Shown: piece by piece, positions 40,032 through 50,263 of the stretch | Layout of the letters: each line of letters opens with the position of its first letter | How positions within the stretch are numbered: position 1 is the first letter of the stretch | Assembly (NCBI GenBank): GCA_963806185.1 | Contig: CAWDXE010000001.1 | Location: 768,001-832,000, forward strand | DNA from: an uncultured candidate division Zixibacteria bacterium | Lineage (GTDB): Bacteria; Zixibacteria; MSB-5A5; GN15; FEB-12 | DNA: 64,000 nt | Direction: 5' to 3' | The notes under the pieces: model-generated | What the model was told of the DNA's origin: nothing | Databases searched by the model: none | What the model saw: the letters and a program-made list of their open reading frames with translations, nothing else | Position numbers and translations under genes: made by a program

Positions 40032-40589
40032 ATGTCACAAATAGTTTATCTGAATCTTGACAGCCCGCTCGGCCCGATGATCGCCGGCGCCTCGGAACTC
40101 GGCCTTTGCTTTCTGGAATGGCACGATCGCGGCGGCGTGGAACGCATCCTGGCGCGCGTTGAAAAGCGCTACAAAGTCACGGTCGTACCGGGCACCAATC
40201 CCCATCTCGCTCAATTGCGCAAGGAACTGGGTGAGTACTTCGCCGGTGATCGCCGCGAATTCACCATCCCCCTGCACATTGCCGGAACACCATTCGAACA
40301 GCGCGACTGGCAGGAACTTCTCGCTATCCCCTACGGTCAGACTCGATCATACGGCGAAATGGCCACTCTCCTGAACGTCCCCGGTGGCGCACGAGCCGTG
40401 GGTCGCGCCAATGGCGCCAATTACATTGGCATCGTCATTCCCTGCCACCGCGTTATCGAATCCACCGGTAAACTGCGCGGCTACGGCGGCGGCCTCTGGA
40501 GAAAACAGTGGCTCCTCGATCTCGAACGAGGCGTCACCCCGGAAATCCAGCCGTCACAACAGGTCCTGTCGTTTTCGTCCGGGAAGTAG
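40032..40589 (+). CDS. ogt: Methylated-DNA-protein-cysteine methyltransferase
   Basis: SPLG, GTPF, IPYGQTRSY, ARAVGRANG, active-site IPCHRV and GYGGG. Confidence 0.93.
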   Translation: MSQIVYLNLDSPLGPMIAGASELGLCFLEWHDRGGVERILARVEKRYKVTVVPGTNPHLAQLRKELGEYFAGDRREFTIPLHIAGTPFEQRDWQELLAIPYGQTRSYGEMATLLNVPGGARAVGRANGANYIGIVIPCHRVIESTGKLRGYGGGLWRKQWLLDLERGVTPEIQPSQQVLSFSSGK

Positions 40590-40609
40590 ATTGAGAGTGG
40601 AAATACAGC

Positions 40610-41977
40610 TCAAGTGTTGAGCTTGCGGCGCAGACGGGCGCAGAAAGCGCCGTCGAGCCCTTCGAAATAGGGATACGTCTTCACGAATCCGCGGTCATTC
40701 ACCAGTTCCTTGTCAATGATCTGCGCTGCCGATTCGACTTCAAACCGATTATTCCGCAGGAGAAACTCCTCAACTATCTGGTCATTCTCCGCCCGCATTA
40801 TGGTACAGGTCGAATACACCAGTACGCCTCCCGGTTTCACCAGTTTGGCCGCCCGGTCGATCATCTTCTCCTGAATGTGCGTCAGCGTGTCAACGTCCTT
40901 CTGCGTCTTGGCCCAGCGCAAGTCGGCGTTTTTTGACGCTGTCCCCCAGCCGGAGCAGGGTGGATCAAGAAGCACCCGTTCAAACGGCCCCGCCTTGAAT
41001 TCGGCCATGTCGCTCACCACCGGTGAAATGATCTTGATACCCAGTCGCTTGGCATTCTCCGTGAGTACGCTGAGCCGGCCGTGGGACTTGTCGATTGCCG
41101 TTACCCGCCCCTTATTACGCATCCGAATTGCCGCGTAGGTCGCCTTCCCGCCGGGAGCAGCAGTCAGATCGATTACCTCGTCGCCCGGTTTCGGATTGAG
41201 GACACGCACGGGAATGCCCGCCGACTCGTCCTGAACAAATACTTTCCCGGTCTGCACCAATTCCGCATCGAGTGGCAGTCCGCCCCCTTCGATATGCAGA
41301 AATTCGGGAAGGTACTTTCCCGGCCGAAATTCAATCCCCGCTTCGGTGAGCGCCTGCATCACTTCTTCCGGCTTTGCCTTAAGGAAATTGACTCGATAGG
41401 TTACTTTGGGCGCCCGATTGTACGCCTGGAGGATAACCTCGGTCATTTCCTCTCCGAACTCGCGCACGCAGTAGTGAATGAAATAGTCGGGATACGAATA
41501 CGTATCACCCAGGAATCTCGTCAGGTCCTCCTCGCGTGAAATGAACTTCACTTTGTCCGGCTCGCGTAGTTTCGCCCGCATGACCGCGTTGACCAGCTTC
41601 GCTTGCGCCTGATCGGTGAAGTAACGGGCCAGATTGACCGCCTCCGACACTGCCGCCGGCGGAGGAACGCGATTCATGAAAAGAATCTGGTAAAACCCCA
41701 TGCGGAGAATGTTCGATATTTTGAGCGAGAGCTCCTGCGATGGACGGGCGAGGTAGAACTTCATCTCGTGATCGAGTCGCCGGCGCATCTTCGTCGTTCC
41801 ATTCACCAATTGCATCAGGAAACGAATATCGACCGGCCGTAATCGCTCGCGCGGCATCACTTCCCTGACAGCGACATCCGCCTGCTTTCCCTGCTGGATG
41901 AGGATCAACGCCTCCAGCGCCAGGGCGCGAACATGATCGTAGCGCTGTACTACTGCGCTGTTCACAGTGTCGGTCAT
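40610..41977 (-). CDS. rsmB: 16S rRNA m5C967 methyltransferase with NusB-like N-terminal domain
   Basis: AVSEAV, LVNAVMR, VQDE, AAPGGK, LDPPCSGWG, LVYSTC and DGAF. Confidence 0.93.
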   Translation of the reverse strand: MTDTVNSAVVQRYDHVRALALEALILIQQGKQADVAVREVMPRERLRPVDIRFLMQLVNGTTKMRRRLDHEMKFYLARPSQELSLKISNILRMGFYQILFMNRVPPPAAVSEAVNLARYFTDQAQAKLVNAVMRAKLREPDKVKFISREEDLTRFLGDTYSYPDYFIHYCVREFGEEMTEVILQAYNRAPKVTYRVNFLKAKPEEVMQALTEAGIEFRPGKYLPEFLHIEGGGLPLDAELVQTGKVFVQDESAGIPVRVLNPKPGDEVIDLTAAPGGKATYAAIRMRNKGRVTAIDKSHGRLSVLTENAKRLGIKIISPVVSDMAEFKAGPFERVLLDPPCSGWGTASKNADLRWAKTQKDVDTLTHIQEKMIDRAAKLVKPGGVLVYSTCTIMRAENDQIVEEFLLRNNRFEVESAAQIIDKELVNDRGFVKTYPYFEGLDGAFCARLRRKLNT

Positions 41978-41983
41978 CGGCTC

Positions 41984-44482
41984 CTACAGTTCCATCGGGT
42001 CTATTCGCCGACCATCGGCGTCGCAACGGTAGACGTCGCGACGATGGTAGGCCAGAGCAATCGGTTCATGCCTCAAGCCATCGGCCAGAAACCCGATCAC
42101 CTCAGTCGGCCGGGTATAGCCACCCTCGCCCACACCCAATACCATCACCAGCCGCTCCCCGTCTTCGCGGATCTCATATATCGCCGGTCGAATGTCCACA
42201 ATCTTTTCGCCTTCTTTCCCAGCACGTGTCAATTCCAGCTTCGCCGATGCCGTGGCGGCAGCCACTGCACGACGCAGTTCTTCCCGATCCGACCATTCAT
42301 CGAGCGGCACGGTGTACTCAACCCGGTTCACCAACGCTGACAACGACGCATTCTGTCCCAGTACGGCGCGAGCATCAATCAGGGTCGTCCCATCAAACAT
42401 GTGCCGTCGAAGGTCATCGATCATATACGGCATCAGATTGGCCTCTAACGTAATATCGACATATTCGGCCTCCGAGGTGAACCCTAGCGGCAACGGGGGA
42501 CCAAATGACAACTTCATGGTCGGATTGAACCCCTGAGAATAGGCCACCGGAAGCTGGGACTTGCGAATCGTTCGCTCGATCAGTCTCAGGTTGTCCAAGT
42601 GGGACATGTACTTATACCGGTCCGATTTTCCCCACCGGATGCGTAAACGGTTCTTGGTTGGCGCCACCAGGTTCCGCGCCGGTACCTTCTTTTTGGACCT
42701 CCCGAATTGCCCGGCCACAGAATCATCTTCCGGTTCCACCACTGACTGCCTGGGGACATACTCGCGAAGTTGAAATGATTGGCGCTGACGCTCGTCACGG
42801 AGATGCTCGGCTGTCGGCCCCTTGTCAATGTGTTCCCAAGGCAGTGTCTGAGAAAACGGCATCGCCGCAAGATACTTTCGGTAATCGATCTGATGTTCCG
42901 CAAAGGCCTTATACCAGAGATCAACTTCGCTTTGCTCCTGCCAACCATCGAAACGACATCCGCTCCGGAAGGCCGTTTCGATCACCGGCGCCAGCTCCCG
43001 GCCGCCGCGCCCCAGTACACACGACAACTCAGAGAGCGGGAAATTGTGGAATTTGAAATGCACTTGATTGGCGCGGGTATGACGCTTGATGATCTTGATC
43101 CGCTCCGTCATCTCACCTTCCGGAATCATCTCATCCCACTGAAACGGCGTGTGGGCTTTGGGGATAAAGGGCGATAACGATACATTGACCGTCTTGGAAC
43201 CGGGTGACTCCTTCCCCATATTGGCAATCGTCGTACAAATCTGCCCGATCCCTTTGAGGTCCTCTTCCGTTTCACTCGGTAAGCCGAGCATGAAATACAA
43301 TTTTATCGTCTGCCAGCCGCGATCGAACGCCAGCTTGGCAGTGTCATACACAGCCTGGTCGGGAAAATCTTTGCGAATAAACAAGCGCAGCCGCTCCGTC
43401 CCAGCCTCCGGCGCCAGGGTCAATCCGCTCTTGCGCACCCGTTTGATGGCGTCGAGCAACGACGGTCCAATGCTCCCCGGCCGCATCGACGGCAAGTTCA
43501 CCGCTACTTTCTGCTGTTCGAGCCGACGCGACAGGCTGATCGCCAGTTCATCGATTTGCGGATAATCTGATGATGACAGCGACAATAGCGTCACATCGGA
43601 ATACCCGGTCTTACTGAGCTGCGTGATGACTTGATGCGCGATATCGGCTTGCGACCTCGCTCGCACCGGCTTGTAGATCGGTCCCGCCATGCAAAAGCGA
43701 CACCCCTGCGGACAGCCGCGCATGATCTCAACACTCAGATAATTGTGCACTGTCTCGATGAGTGGCACGATCGGCTGTGACGGATAGTAGTCCGGTTTCA
43801 ATTCGCTGCAAACGCGTGCCTTGATCTTCTCCGGCGCAAACAGACAAACCGGCTTGCGCTGTTCATCATAAAACGCCGGCACATATACCGATTCGACCCG
43901 GCGCACAATCGCTTCCAACTTGTCCCGCCTCGCTGCCCCTTTCATGCCATGCAGAATTTCAAGGATCTGCGGCAACCCTTCCTCCGCGTCGCCGATAAAG
44001 AAGAGGTCGACAAACGGCGCGATCGCTTCCGGATGATACGCCGCCGGCCCGCCCGCCATGATTAATGGTTCACCGTCGCCCCGTTCCGCCGATCGCAACG
44101 GAATGCCCGCAAGATCGAGCATGGCGAGCATGTTGGTGTACACTAACTCGGAGACAAGGGTGAAGCCGATCGCATCGAAATCTCTCGCCGAGCGCCCGGA
44201 CTCAAGGGCGTACAACGGGATCCCGGCCTTGCGCATCAGCGCTTCGGCGTCGGTATCGACCGCAAACACGCGCTCGCAAAGAAATCGATCGTCGCGATTA
44301 ACTATGTGGTAAAGAGTCTGAAGGCCGACATAGGCGTGGCCGATTTCGTATTTGTCGGGGTAGGCGTGCAGGTAACTGACCCGACTGGCCGGGTCTTTGA
44401 CAATCTGTCCCGGCTCACCGCCGGCGTACCGGCCCGGTTTGATCACAAAGGGCAGAAACTGTTTCTCGATCAATTTTCGCAT
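41984..44482 (-). CDS. TIGR03960-like radical SAM protein fused to a TIGR03936/DUF2344-like domain
   Basis: KPGRYAGGE, RGCPQGCRFC, TLAPEAG, KLYFMLGLP, PKAHTPFQW; C-terminal SHLD, YSQGFNP and FGPPLPLG. Confidence 0.9.
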   Translation of the reverse strand: MRKLIEKQFLPFVIKPGRYAGGEPGQIVKDPASRVSYLHAYPDKYEIGHAYVGLQTLYHIVNRDDRFLCERVFAVDTDAEALMRKAGIPLYALESGRSARDFDAIGFTLVSELVYTNMLAMLDLAGIPLRSAERGDGEPLIMAGGPAAYHPEAIAPFVDLFFIGDAEEGLPQILEILHGMKGAARRDKLEAIVRRVESVYVPAFYDEQRKPVCLFAPEKIKARVCSELKPDYYPSQPIVPLIETVHNYLSVEIMRGCPQGCRFCMAGPIYKPVRARSQADIAHQVITQLSKTGYSDVTLLSLSSSDYPQIDELAISLSRRLEQQKVAVNLPSMRPGSIGPSLLDAIKRVRKSGLTLAPEAGTERLRLFIRKDFPDQAVYDTAKLAFDRGWQTIKLYFMLGLPSETEEDLKGIGQICTTIANMGKESPGSKTVNVSLSPFIPKAHTPFQWDEMIPEGEMTERIKIIKRHTRANQVHFKFHNFPLSELSCVLGRGGRELAPVIETAFRSGCRFDGWQEQSEVDLWYKAFAEHQIDYRKYLAAMPFSQTLPWEHIDKGPTAEHLRDERQRQSFQLREYVPRQSVVEPEDDSVAGQFGRSKKKVPARNLVAPTKNRLRIRWGKSDRYKYMSHLDNLRLIERTIRKSQLPVAYSQGFNPTMKLSFGPPLPLGFTSEAEYVDITLEANLMPYMIDDLRRHMFDGTTLIDARAVLGQNASLSALVNRVEYTVPLDEWSDREELRRAVAAATASAKLELTRAGKEGEKIVDIRPAIYEIREDGERLVMVLGVGEGGYTRPTEVIGFLADGLRHEPIALAYHRRDVYRCDADGRRIDPMEL

Positions 44483-44577
44483 AAGAAAAGGTGCTGCGTG
44501 TGCTCACGCTCTCCATCCGCCGGAAGGATACGAAAGGGCTCGATGGGGAGCAAGAGGGATTTCGACGTGAGGGGAGG

Positions 44578-44880
44578 ACAAGTAGGTCAAGCTCCCCGCA
44601 AGCCTGACTTAAGGGACCTTGTGCCGGGAGCGTAGCCCCCACATCGTCATCCTGAATAATTCTTCTGATTCAAGACCTCAGTGTCAGCCGCCTTCTCGAC
44701 CGTGTCATCGCGAGGCTCGCTTCGAGCCGTGGCGATCTCTCAGGGCGTTCTCTTCGATGGTCATTCAATCAATCGTCACCACGCAAAACTGACGACGTCG
44801 CGAAGCGTCACCCTGAGCGGAGTCGAAGGGTGAGTCTCTGGAAACGTAGGTCACGCTCCCCGCGATCCTGACGCAGGGAC
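44578..44880. repeat. Mosaic cluster of REP-like palindromes (cluster 2)
   Basis: GTAGGTCA..CCTGAC at 44582 and 44846, the GTCATCCTGAA + GTCATCGCGAG module at 44646-44738, and GTCACCCTGAGCGGAGTCGAAGGG. Confidence 0.85.
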
Positions 44881-44947
44881 GTCGAATACTATACCATCAG
44901 ATTTCGCATAATCGGAGAATACCAGCAATAACAAAATCTGCGCTGAG

Positions 44948-45955
44948 CTACGTCAACGGCATATACGGCACGGCATTGGCCACCAGCTCGCCCGGGCCGT
45001 CCTTCTCGAAACGCCGGACTCCCGCCGCCGCGATCATAGCCGCATTGTCCGTGCACAACGCCATACTCGGACAAAACAGTCGCTTGCCGGCCGCTCTCGC
45101 CCGCTCCGCCATCAGCTTCCGCAGTCGGCTGTTCGCCGCTACCCCCCCGGAGATGGTGATATCGCGCAGCCTCCGATCAACTGCCGCGGCAATGGTCTTC
45201 TCGACCAGTGTTGTCGCGACCCTCTCCTGAAACGACGCAGCGATATCCGCCTTGTGCACCTCGAGCTCGTGCGCCGACAGCGTCTCCAGATAAAGAGCAA
45301 CCGCCGTCTTCAGTCCGGAGAAGGAGAACTCGTACGGATTGTCCGGTTCTTTCAACTTGGTCTTCGGGAACCGCACAAACATCGCATCACCAGCCTGTGC
45401 CAGCTTGTCGATCTGCGCGCCGCCGGGATAGCCCAGTCCCATGATCTTGGCCACCTTGTCGTACGCCTCACCGGCAGCATCGTCGCGCGTCTTGCCAAGT
45501 ATCGTGTAACTGCCGAACCCGTTCACTTCAACCAGCATCGTATGTCCGCCCGAGACAATCAGCGTCAGATGATGAGCTTCGAGCTCCCGATGTTCGAGCA
45601 TGTTGGCGGCCAGGTGTCCTTCGAGATGATTGACCGGCACAAACGGTATGCTCCGCGCAAACGCTAATCCTTTTGCAAACGTCAGCCCCACCAGCAGCGG
45701 ACCCACCAGTCCCGGCCCGGCCGTGGCCGCAATGAGATTGATGTCATCCAGCGTCACCCCGGCGTCTGCCAGTGCACTCTCATAGATCGGAATGATTGTC
45801 TTGATATGTTCGCGGCTGGCCATCTCCGGCACGACCCCGCCGAAACGAGTATGGATTGCCTGCGACAGAATGACGTTCGACAGCACCTCATGATGATCAC
45901 GAACAATCGCGACCGAGGTTTCGTCGCATGAGGTTTCAATACCGAGTGTCAGCAT
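44948..45955 (-). CDS. tsaD: tRNA N6-threonylcarbamoyladenosine biosynthesis protein TsaD
   Basis: LGIETSCDET, GGVVPE, GPGL, HLEGH, VSGGHT, DDAAGEAYDK, FSFSGLKT and CTDNAAMI. Confidence 0.98.
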   Translation of the reverse strand: MLTLGIETSCDETSVAIVRDHHEVLSNVILSQAIHTRFGGVVPEMASREHIKTIIPIYESALADAGVTLDDINLIAATAGPGLVGPLLVGLTFAKGLAFARSIPFVPVNHLEGHLAANMLEHRELEAHHLTLIVSGGHTMLVEVNGFGSYTILGKTRDDAAGEAYDKVAKIMGLGYPGGAQIDKLAQAGDAMFVRFPKTKLKEPDNPYEFSFSGLKTAVALYLETLSAHELEVHKADIAASFQERVATTLVEKTIAAAVDRRLRDITISGGVAANSRLRKLMAERARAAGKRLFCPSMALCTDNAAMIAAAGVRRFEKDGPGELVANAVPYMPLT

Positions 45956-45956
45956 G

Positions 45957-46874
45957 TCAGGGGCGGATTACCTTGACCGAATCGACCGACGTCGCCTTCA
46001 CGCGGAAGCTGGGCGGGCAATCGACCGCCACGCGAGCGTATCCCGCGGGCGTGAGCGCCCGATAGTCGACCGATACGGTAAGATTATTGGCATTAAGCAG
46101 ATCGATGTCTTCCGGCGGACCGGTCAACTCCACGCGGATTACGTTCGGCTGGATGGTCACGGGCACGTTCGGCGGAGCGTGAAATACTGCCACCGGTAGA
46201 TTATTGTACACCCGCGTCTTGACCGGTACGATCTGCAGCGCCACCGCCACCGAATCAGGCTCGACGCGACAGCCGAAACGCTCCGGCTGTTTGATCGCCA
46301 ATCGAATCGTCACGTTGTTGCGCAAGCCCTTCAACTCTTTGTGCTCGGTAACCACGTACGGAATATCACCCATGGCTGAATGCGGCCCGATCAGGGTCGC
46401 ACGACTGGGGCTAATCTCCATTCGATGCGACACGGCGTACCCGTCATCGGCGACAGCGTCGACATCGACCGTCACCGGAACCCTCCCCCGCTCCAGGCCG
46501 TCAACGTTTAACTGGATCATCGTCGGCGACATGATCTCATCCAGCGTAACATTCCCGGTTGGGCCGATCAGGAAAGTATTGGCCGTCGAAAGACTCACCG
46601 TATGTATTCCCGCCTGATACTGGGTGGCATTGATGCGCAGTCCCCGGTTCCGCCATGATTGTCGGAGCAGTTGCTTGCCACTGGCCGAAACAGACACCAG
46701 GAGGGAGTCCGGCGGACGCTCCGCCAGAATCAGTTTCTCCTTCAGCGCTACTTCCGTGACCGGCAGTTTCAATTCATATGTGTACGGCTTCTCGGTGGCA
46801 ACATGCAGCCAGATCAGGCACCCGAGCACCAGGGCCAGGAGTTTTAACCAGAAGTTCTCAAACAACTTACGCAT
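45957..46874 (-). CDS. YbbR/CdaR-like repeat membrane protein
   Basis: N-terminal NFWLKLLALxxxxxxW anchor and repeated PxxVxVxxxG(P) beta domains. Confidence 0.8.
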   Translation of the reverse strand: MRKLFENFWLKLLALVLGCLIWLHVATEKPYTYELKLPVTEVALKEKLILAERPPDSLLVSVSASGKQLLRQSWRNRGLRINATQYQAGIHTVSLSTANTFLIGPTGNVTLDEIMSPTMIQLNVDGLERGRVPVTVDVDAVADDGYAVSHRMEISPSRATLIGPHSAMGDIPYVVTEHKELKGLRNNVTIRLAIKQPERFGCRVEPDSVAVALQIVPVKTRVYNNLPVAVFHAPPNVPVTIQPNVIRVELTGPPEDIDLLNANNLTVSVDYRALTPAGYARVAVDCPPSFRVKATSVDSVKVIRP

Positions 46875-46970
46875 GATGATCGCTATTTGTCAGTCCGGCA
46901 TTCCACGGCCTGTCCTCTGCCGACATAGTAATGCATCAACTAAGGGCAATCAACTGGTAAACTGGCCGGA

Positions 46971-48431
46971 TTAATCGATCCGATTCGGATTGTTCCACCA
47001 GAAGCGCGTGAGGCCGTGGTCGCTGCCGATCCACAGGTAGTCACCATCCAGCAGCAGGGTATAGACGGTGCTCGACGGTAGTCCGTCGTCGGTTGAGAAT
47101 TCCCGGCTGTGGTCTTGTTTATCCAGGAAAAAGATCGTCACACCCCGCTCCGTTGAGATGGCCGCTATGCGCTCATTTGCGGCGATAGGCCGCCTGACGT
47201 TCCGGCTCCAGATCGATCGATACGTCTGCATCGCCCCGGTCGTCACATCCACGCTGAGGAGTCCTCCGTCTGATCCCATCCAGAGCTGCGTGCCGGCGCT
47301 CGTGATATCGTATACATTGGAGAACAGGAAACCGGTCGGCGCCTGGAAACGAGACATCTCGCCGCTCCCCAGCGTTAGACGATAAGCGCCAATACTCGAA
47401 CCGATCCAAACATGCCCGTTTTCATATTCCAGATCATAAATGGCATGGTTGAAGAATACGCTGGGATAAACCTGCCCGATAGAGTCCTTGTCCATGCGTA
47501 TGACATTCAGGCCGCCGCCGGTCCCTACAAACAGCGAATCCCCGACAATCTTCAGCGACAGAATCTCATCGTCGACCAACTCTCTCCGTCCATACAGGTG
47601 TCGAAGCACGTGTTGCGTCTGCCGATCAAGGATGTACAAACCGTCCGTGGTGCCGGCATAGACTTTGACATCACTCACTGCCAACGCCGTGATATCGGCG
47701 CTGGGGAAATTGAGCGTCTGCCCCGATTCCATGTAACTGAAACTGTTGTTCGGTGGGTCAAACATCGTGATCCCCGTCCGCGGGCTGTTGGCCGCCAACC
47801 CCGACATCCAGAGTAGACTGTCGACTTTGACGAGGGTGTAAACGTTGTCGGATAATAGGCCGTAAGGAAGTAATTCCATCAGCCTGCTGCTGCTGTTCGC
47901 TTTGGCCGGACCGTACCCCCATGTCCCTATCCACAGATCTCCGGAATTGTCGTCAATGATCTCGCGAATAGAATATGTCCCGCCCCCCGGATCAGTGAGC
48001 TGTCCATTCCCCAGGTAGGTTCCCCCTATCGGAGGCATCAAGTCCTCCGGCGCTGGCACACGGGAAATCGGATTGTCTATCTGCGGCAATTCCGTGATGG
48101 GATACCATCGATCAAACGTCAGGTCGTATTCATAATAGCTGACCGTTGTCTGGACATACAACCGATCATCAAAGCGCTCCACCCAGATACGCTGAATACT
48201 CTCGCCATTCAGACCGTCGGCGCCGGTGAGCGGAAGTTCCCACCTGCGTTCCAGCTTGTTGTATCGGATAATGCCGTTCGTCGTGGCAAAATACACCTTG
48301 TTTACACTCGACGTCACCGATCGCACATAGTTGAAATCGGCCCAGGTGATCGCCTGGCCCGGCAATTGTTCCGCCGTCGCGGCGGCAGCCAGCAACAATC
48401 CTGCGATGACACACCGCACCAACGTTCTCAT
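46971..48431 (-). CDS. Secreted beta-propeller protein (two-component-regulator propeller-like repeats)
   Basis: Signal peptide; repeated LW(I/M)G(T/S)xxGL and DGLPS motifs. ATGA overlap with the upstream amidohydrolase. Confidence 0.78.
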   Translation of the reverse strand: MRTLVRCVIAGLLLAAAATAEQLPGQAITWADFNYVRSVTSSVNKVYFATTNGIIRYNKLERRWELPLTGADGLNGESIQRIWVERFDDRLYVQTTVSYYEYDLTFDRWYPITELPQIDNPISRVPAPEDLMPPIGGTYLGNGQLTDPGGGTYSIREIIDDNSGDLWIGTWGYGPAKANSSSRLMELLPYGLLSDNVYTLVKVDSLLWMSGLAANSPRTGITMFDPPNNSFSYMESGQTLNFPSADITALAVSDVKVYAGTTDGLYILDRQTQHVLRHLYGRRELVDDEILSLKIVGDSLFVGTGGGLNVIRMDKDSIGQVYPSVFFNHAIYDLEYENGHVWIGSSIGAYRLTLGSGEMSRFQAPTGFLFSNVYDITSAGTQLWMGSDGGLLSVDVTTGAMQTYRSIWSRNVRRPIAANERIAAISTERGVTIFFLDKQDHSREFSTDDGLPSSTVYTLLLDGDYLWIGSDHGLTRFWWNNPNRID

Positions 48432-49633
48432 CGCGACCCCGCGTGCAATGCGTCTATCACCGCCGCCGCCAATAAAGCGCTTCCCACCGGCATCGCGGCC
48501 TCGTCGGCGATAAACTCCGGTGAATGCCACGGCTTGTCGGCTTTGATCTTCTTGTTCATAACACCAAGTCGAAACATGGCGCCGGGCACTTCTTCCAGAT
48601 AGCAGGCGAAGTCTTCCCCGCCCAGCACCTGGGGTGTCTCTTCGATCTTGCCCGCCCCGTACAGCGACTCGAAGTTCCGCGCCAGCAGCTTGTTGACCGA
48701 CGGATCATTCTTCAACACCGGATAATCGGCAATCTCCCGTATTTCGAATTTCGCCCCGCGCGCACGGCAAACCCCATCCACGGTACGACGGACAAGCTTC
48801 GGGATTCTCTTCTTTGCCGTGGCCGATAGTGTGCGCGCCGTTCCGACTATCGTTACCCGGTCGGCGACAATGTTGCGCGCCACTCCCCCTTCGATCTGCC
48901 CAAACGTAATCACGACCGGCGCGATGGGATCAACCTCCCGTGCCACCACTTTCTGCAGCGAGTCAATCACCTCGGCCGCCGTGGCAATTGCATCAACCGT
49001 CAGATGCGGCCGCGCTGCATGGCCGGCCTCGCCGCAAACAATCAGGTCGAAATCGTACACCGATGCCATTGTCGCCCCGTCCCTTAAACCGATCTTCCCC
49101 GTAGCCAGATGCGGATCGTTGTGCAGGCCGAAAATCATCTTCACACCCGCAAGCGCCCCGGCTTCGATCAGCGGCCGCGCCCCGCCCGGCGGCATTTCTT
49201 CGGCCGGCTGAAACAGGAAGCGCACCGTCCCATTTACCTGATCGCGAAGTTGAGCCAGAATTGCCGCCGCGCCAAGCACGGTCGCCATGTGGATGTCGTG
49301 CCCGCAGGCATGCATCTTCCCCTTTGTCTGCGACGCAAAGGGCACACCGCTCTTCTCGACAATGGGCAGAGCATCAATATCGGTCCGCACAGCCACCACG
49401 CCTCCATCGCTCTTCCCCTTGAGTTCGGCGATCAACCCGGTCGCCTGCGGAGCCTTTTGTGCTTTGAGGCCGAGTTGCCGAACTACGTCGGTCAGGAACG
49501 CGGTGGTTTTGAACTCTTCGTTGGAAAGCTCCGGGTTCTGGTGCAGATGCCGCCGCCAGTCGCGCTGCGTCTGCGCCAACGATACTGCGGCAGCCAGAAT
49601 GGCCGTATGGGTCGGATTCGACAGTGTCTTCAT
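48428..49633 (-). CDS. M20D family amidohydrolase
   Basis: RRHLHQNPELS, RTDIDALP, MHACGHD, FQPAEE, GHAARPH and GEDF. Confidence 0.93.
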   Translation of the reverse strand: MKTLSNPTHTAILAAAVSLAQTQRDWRRHLHQNPELSNEEFKTTAFLTDVVRQLGLKAQKAPQATGLIAELKGKSDGGVVAVRTDIDALPIVEKSGVPFASQTKGKMHACGHDIHMATVLGAAAILAQLRDQVNGTVRFLFQPAEEMPPGGARPLIEAGALAGVKMIFGLHNDPHLATGKIGLRDGATMASVYDFDLIVCGEAGHAARPHLTVDAIATAAEVIDSLQKVVAREVDPIAPVVITFGQIEGGVARNIVADRVTIVGTARTLSATAKKRIPKLVRRTVDGVCRARGAKFEIREIADYPVLKNDPSVNKLLARNFESLYGAGKIEETPQVLGGEDFACYLEEVPGAMFRLGVMNKKIKADKPWHSPEFIADEAAMPVGSALLAAAVIDALHAGSR

Positions 49634-49838
49634 AAGTCCCTTGGGCTGAATAGCAGCAACAGTATACACTACTGGCACCGATTTAGGCAATGATGAGCTC
49701 TTTCGGATATGCCCGGTTACCGCCCCCCCTTTGGCCGGCCATTCGACCAACTAGACTCCGCCTGCATGTATACGCCTAATTCACCAGGCGATGAGCGGAA
49801 TTCAGCTTTCGGCGAGCTCGGAGTGGTCAATCCACGGC

Positions 49839-50258
49839 TCAGATATCCAGCAGCACCTGAACGCGACACTGGCCTGTCGGCGGCTGACTCACTTCAATCA
49901 GATGATATGACGCCGCCTTGACCTGGATGCCGTGACCGTGACGGCCCTTGTCAAACGGTTCGCCGCGGGCAGTGGCCCGCAGCCTGCTTTCAGACTCGAT
50001 GACCACTTCGAAGCGACCGAAAACCATCCGGTCAACTTCATGGCGAATGATCAATTCCGAAAGGAAATTGACCAGCAGGCTTTCGTGGTCGATGGCGTGT
50101 ACGTTGATGTCGATCTGCGATCGCTCTTCGATGATCGCTTTGCCGGTGATGATGTCGAACATGCCGACTGCCGCCCCGGCAAACGCCTCGGCCAGGGTAT
50201 CGCCGTAGGCGCGCACGATGACATCGGCCGTATGATCGATCAGCTCATAGCGGGGCAT
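49839..50258 (-). CDS. Archease
   Basis: YELIDHTAD, VKAASYH and C-terminal LDI. Confidence 0.92.
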   Translation of the reverse strand: MPRYELIDHTADVIVRAYGDTLAEAFAGAAVGMFDIITGKAIIEERSQIDINVHAIDHESLLVNFLSELIIRHEVDRMVFGRFEVVIESESRLRATARGEPFDKGRHGHGIQVKAASYHLIEVSQPPTGQCRVQVLLDI

Positions 50259-50263
50259 GGAGG

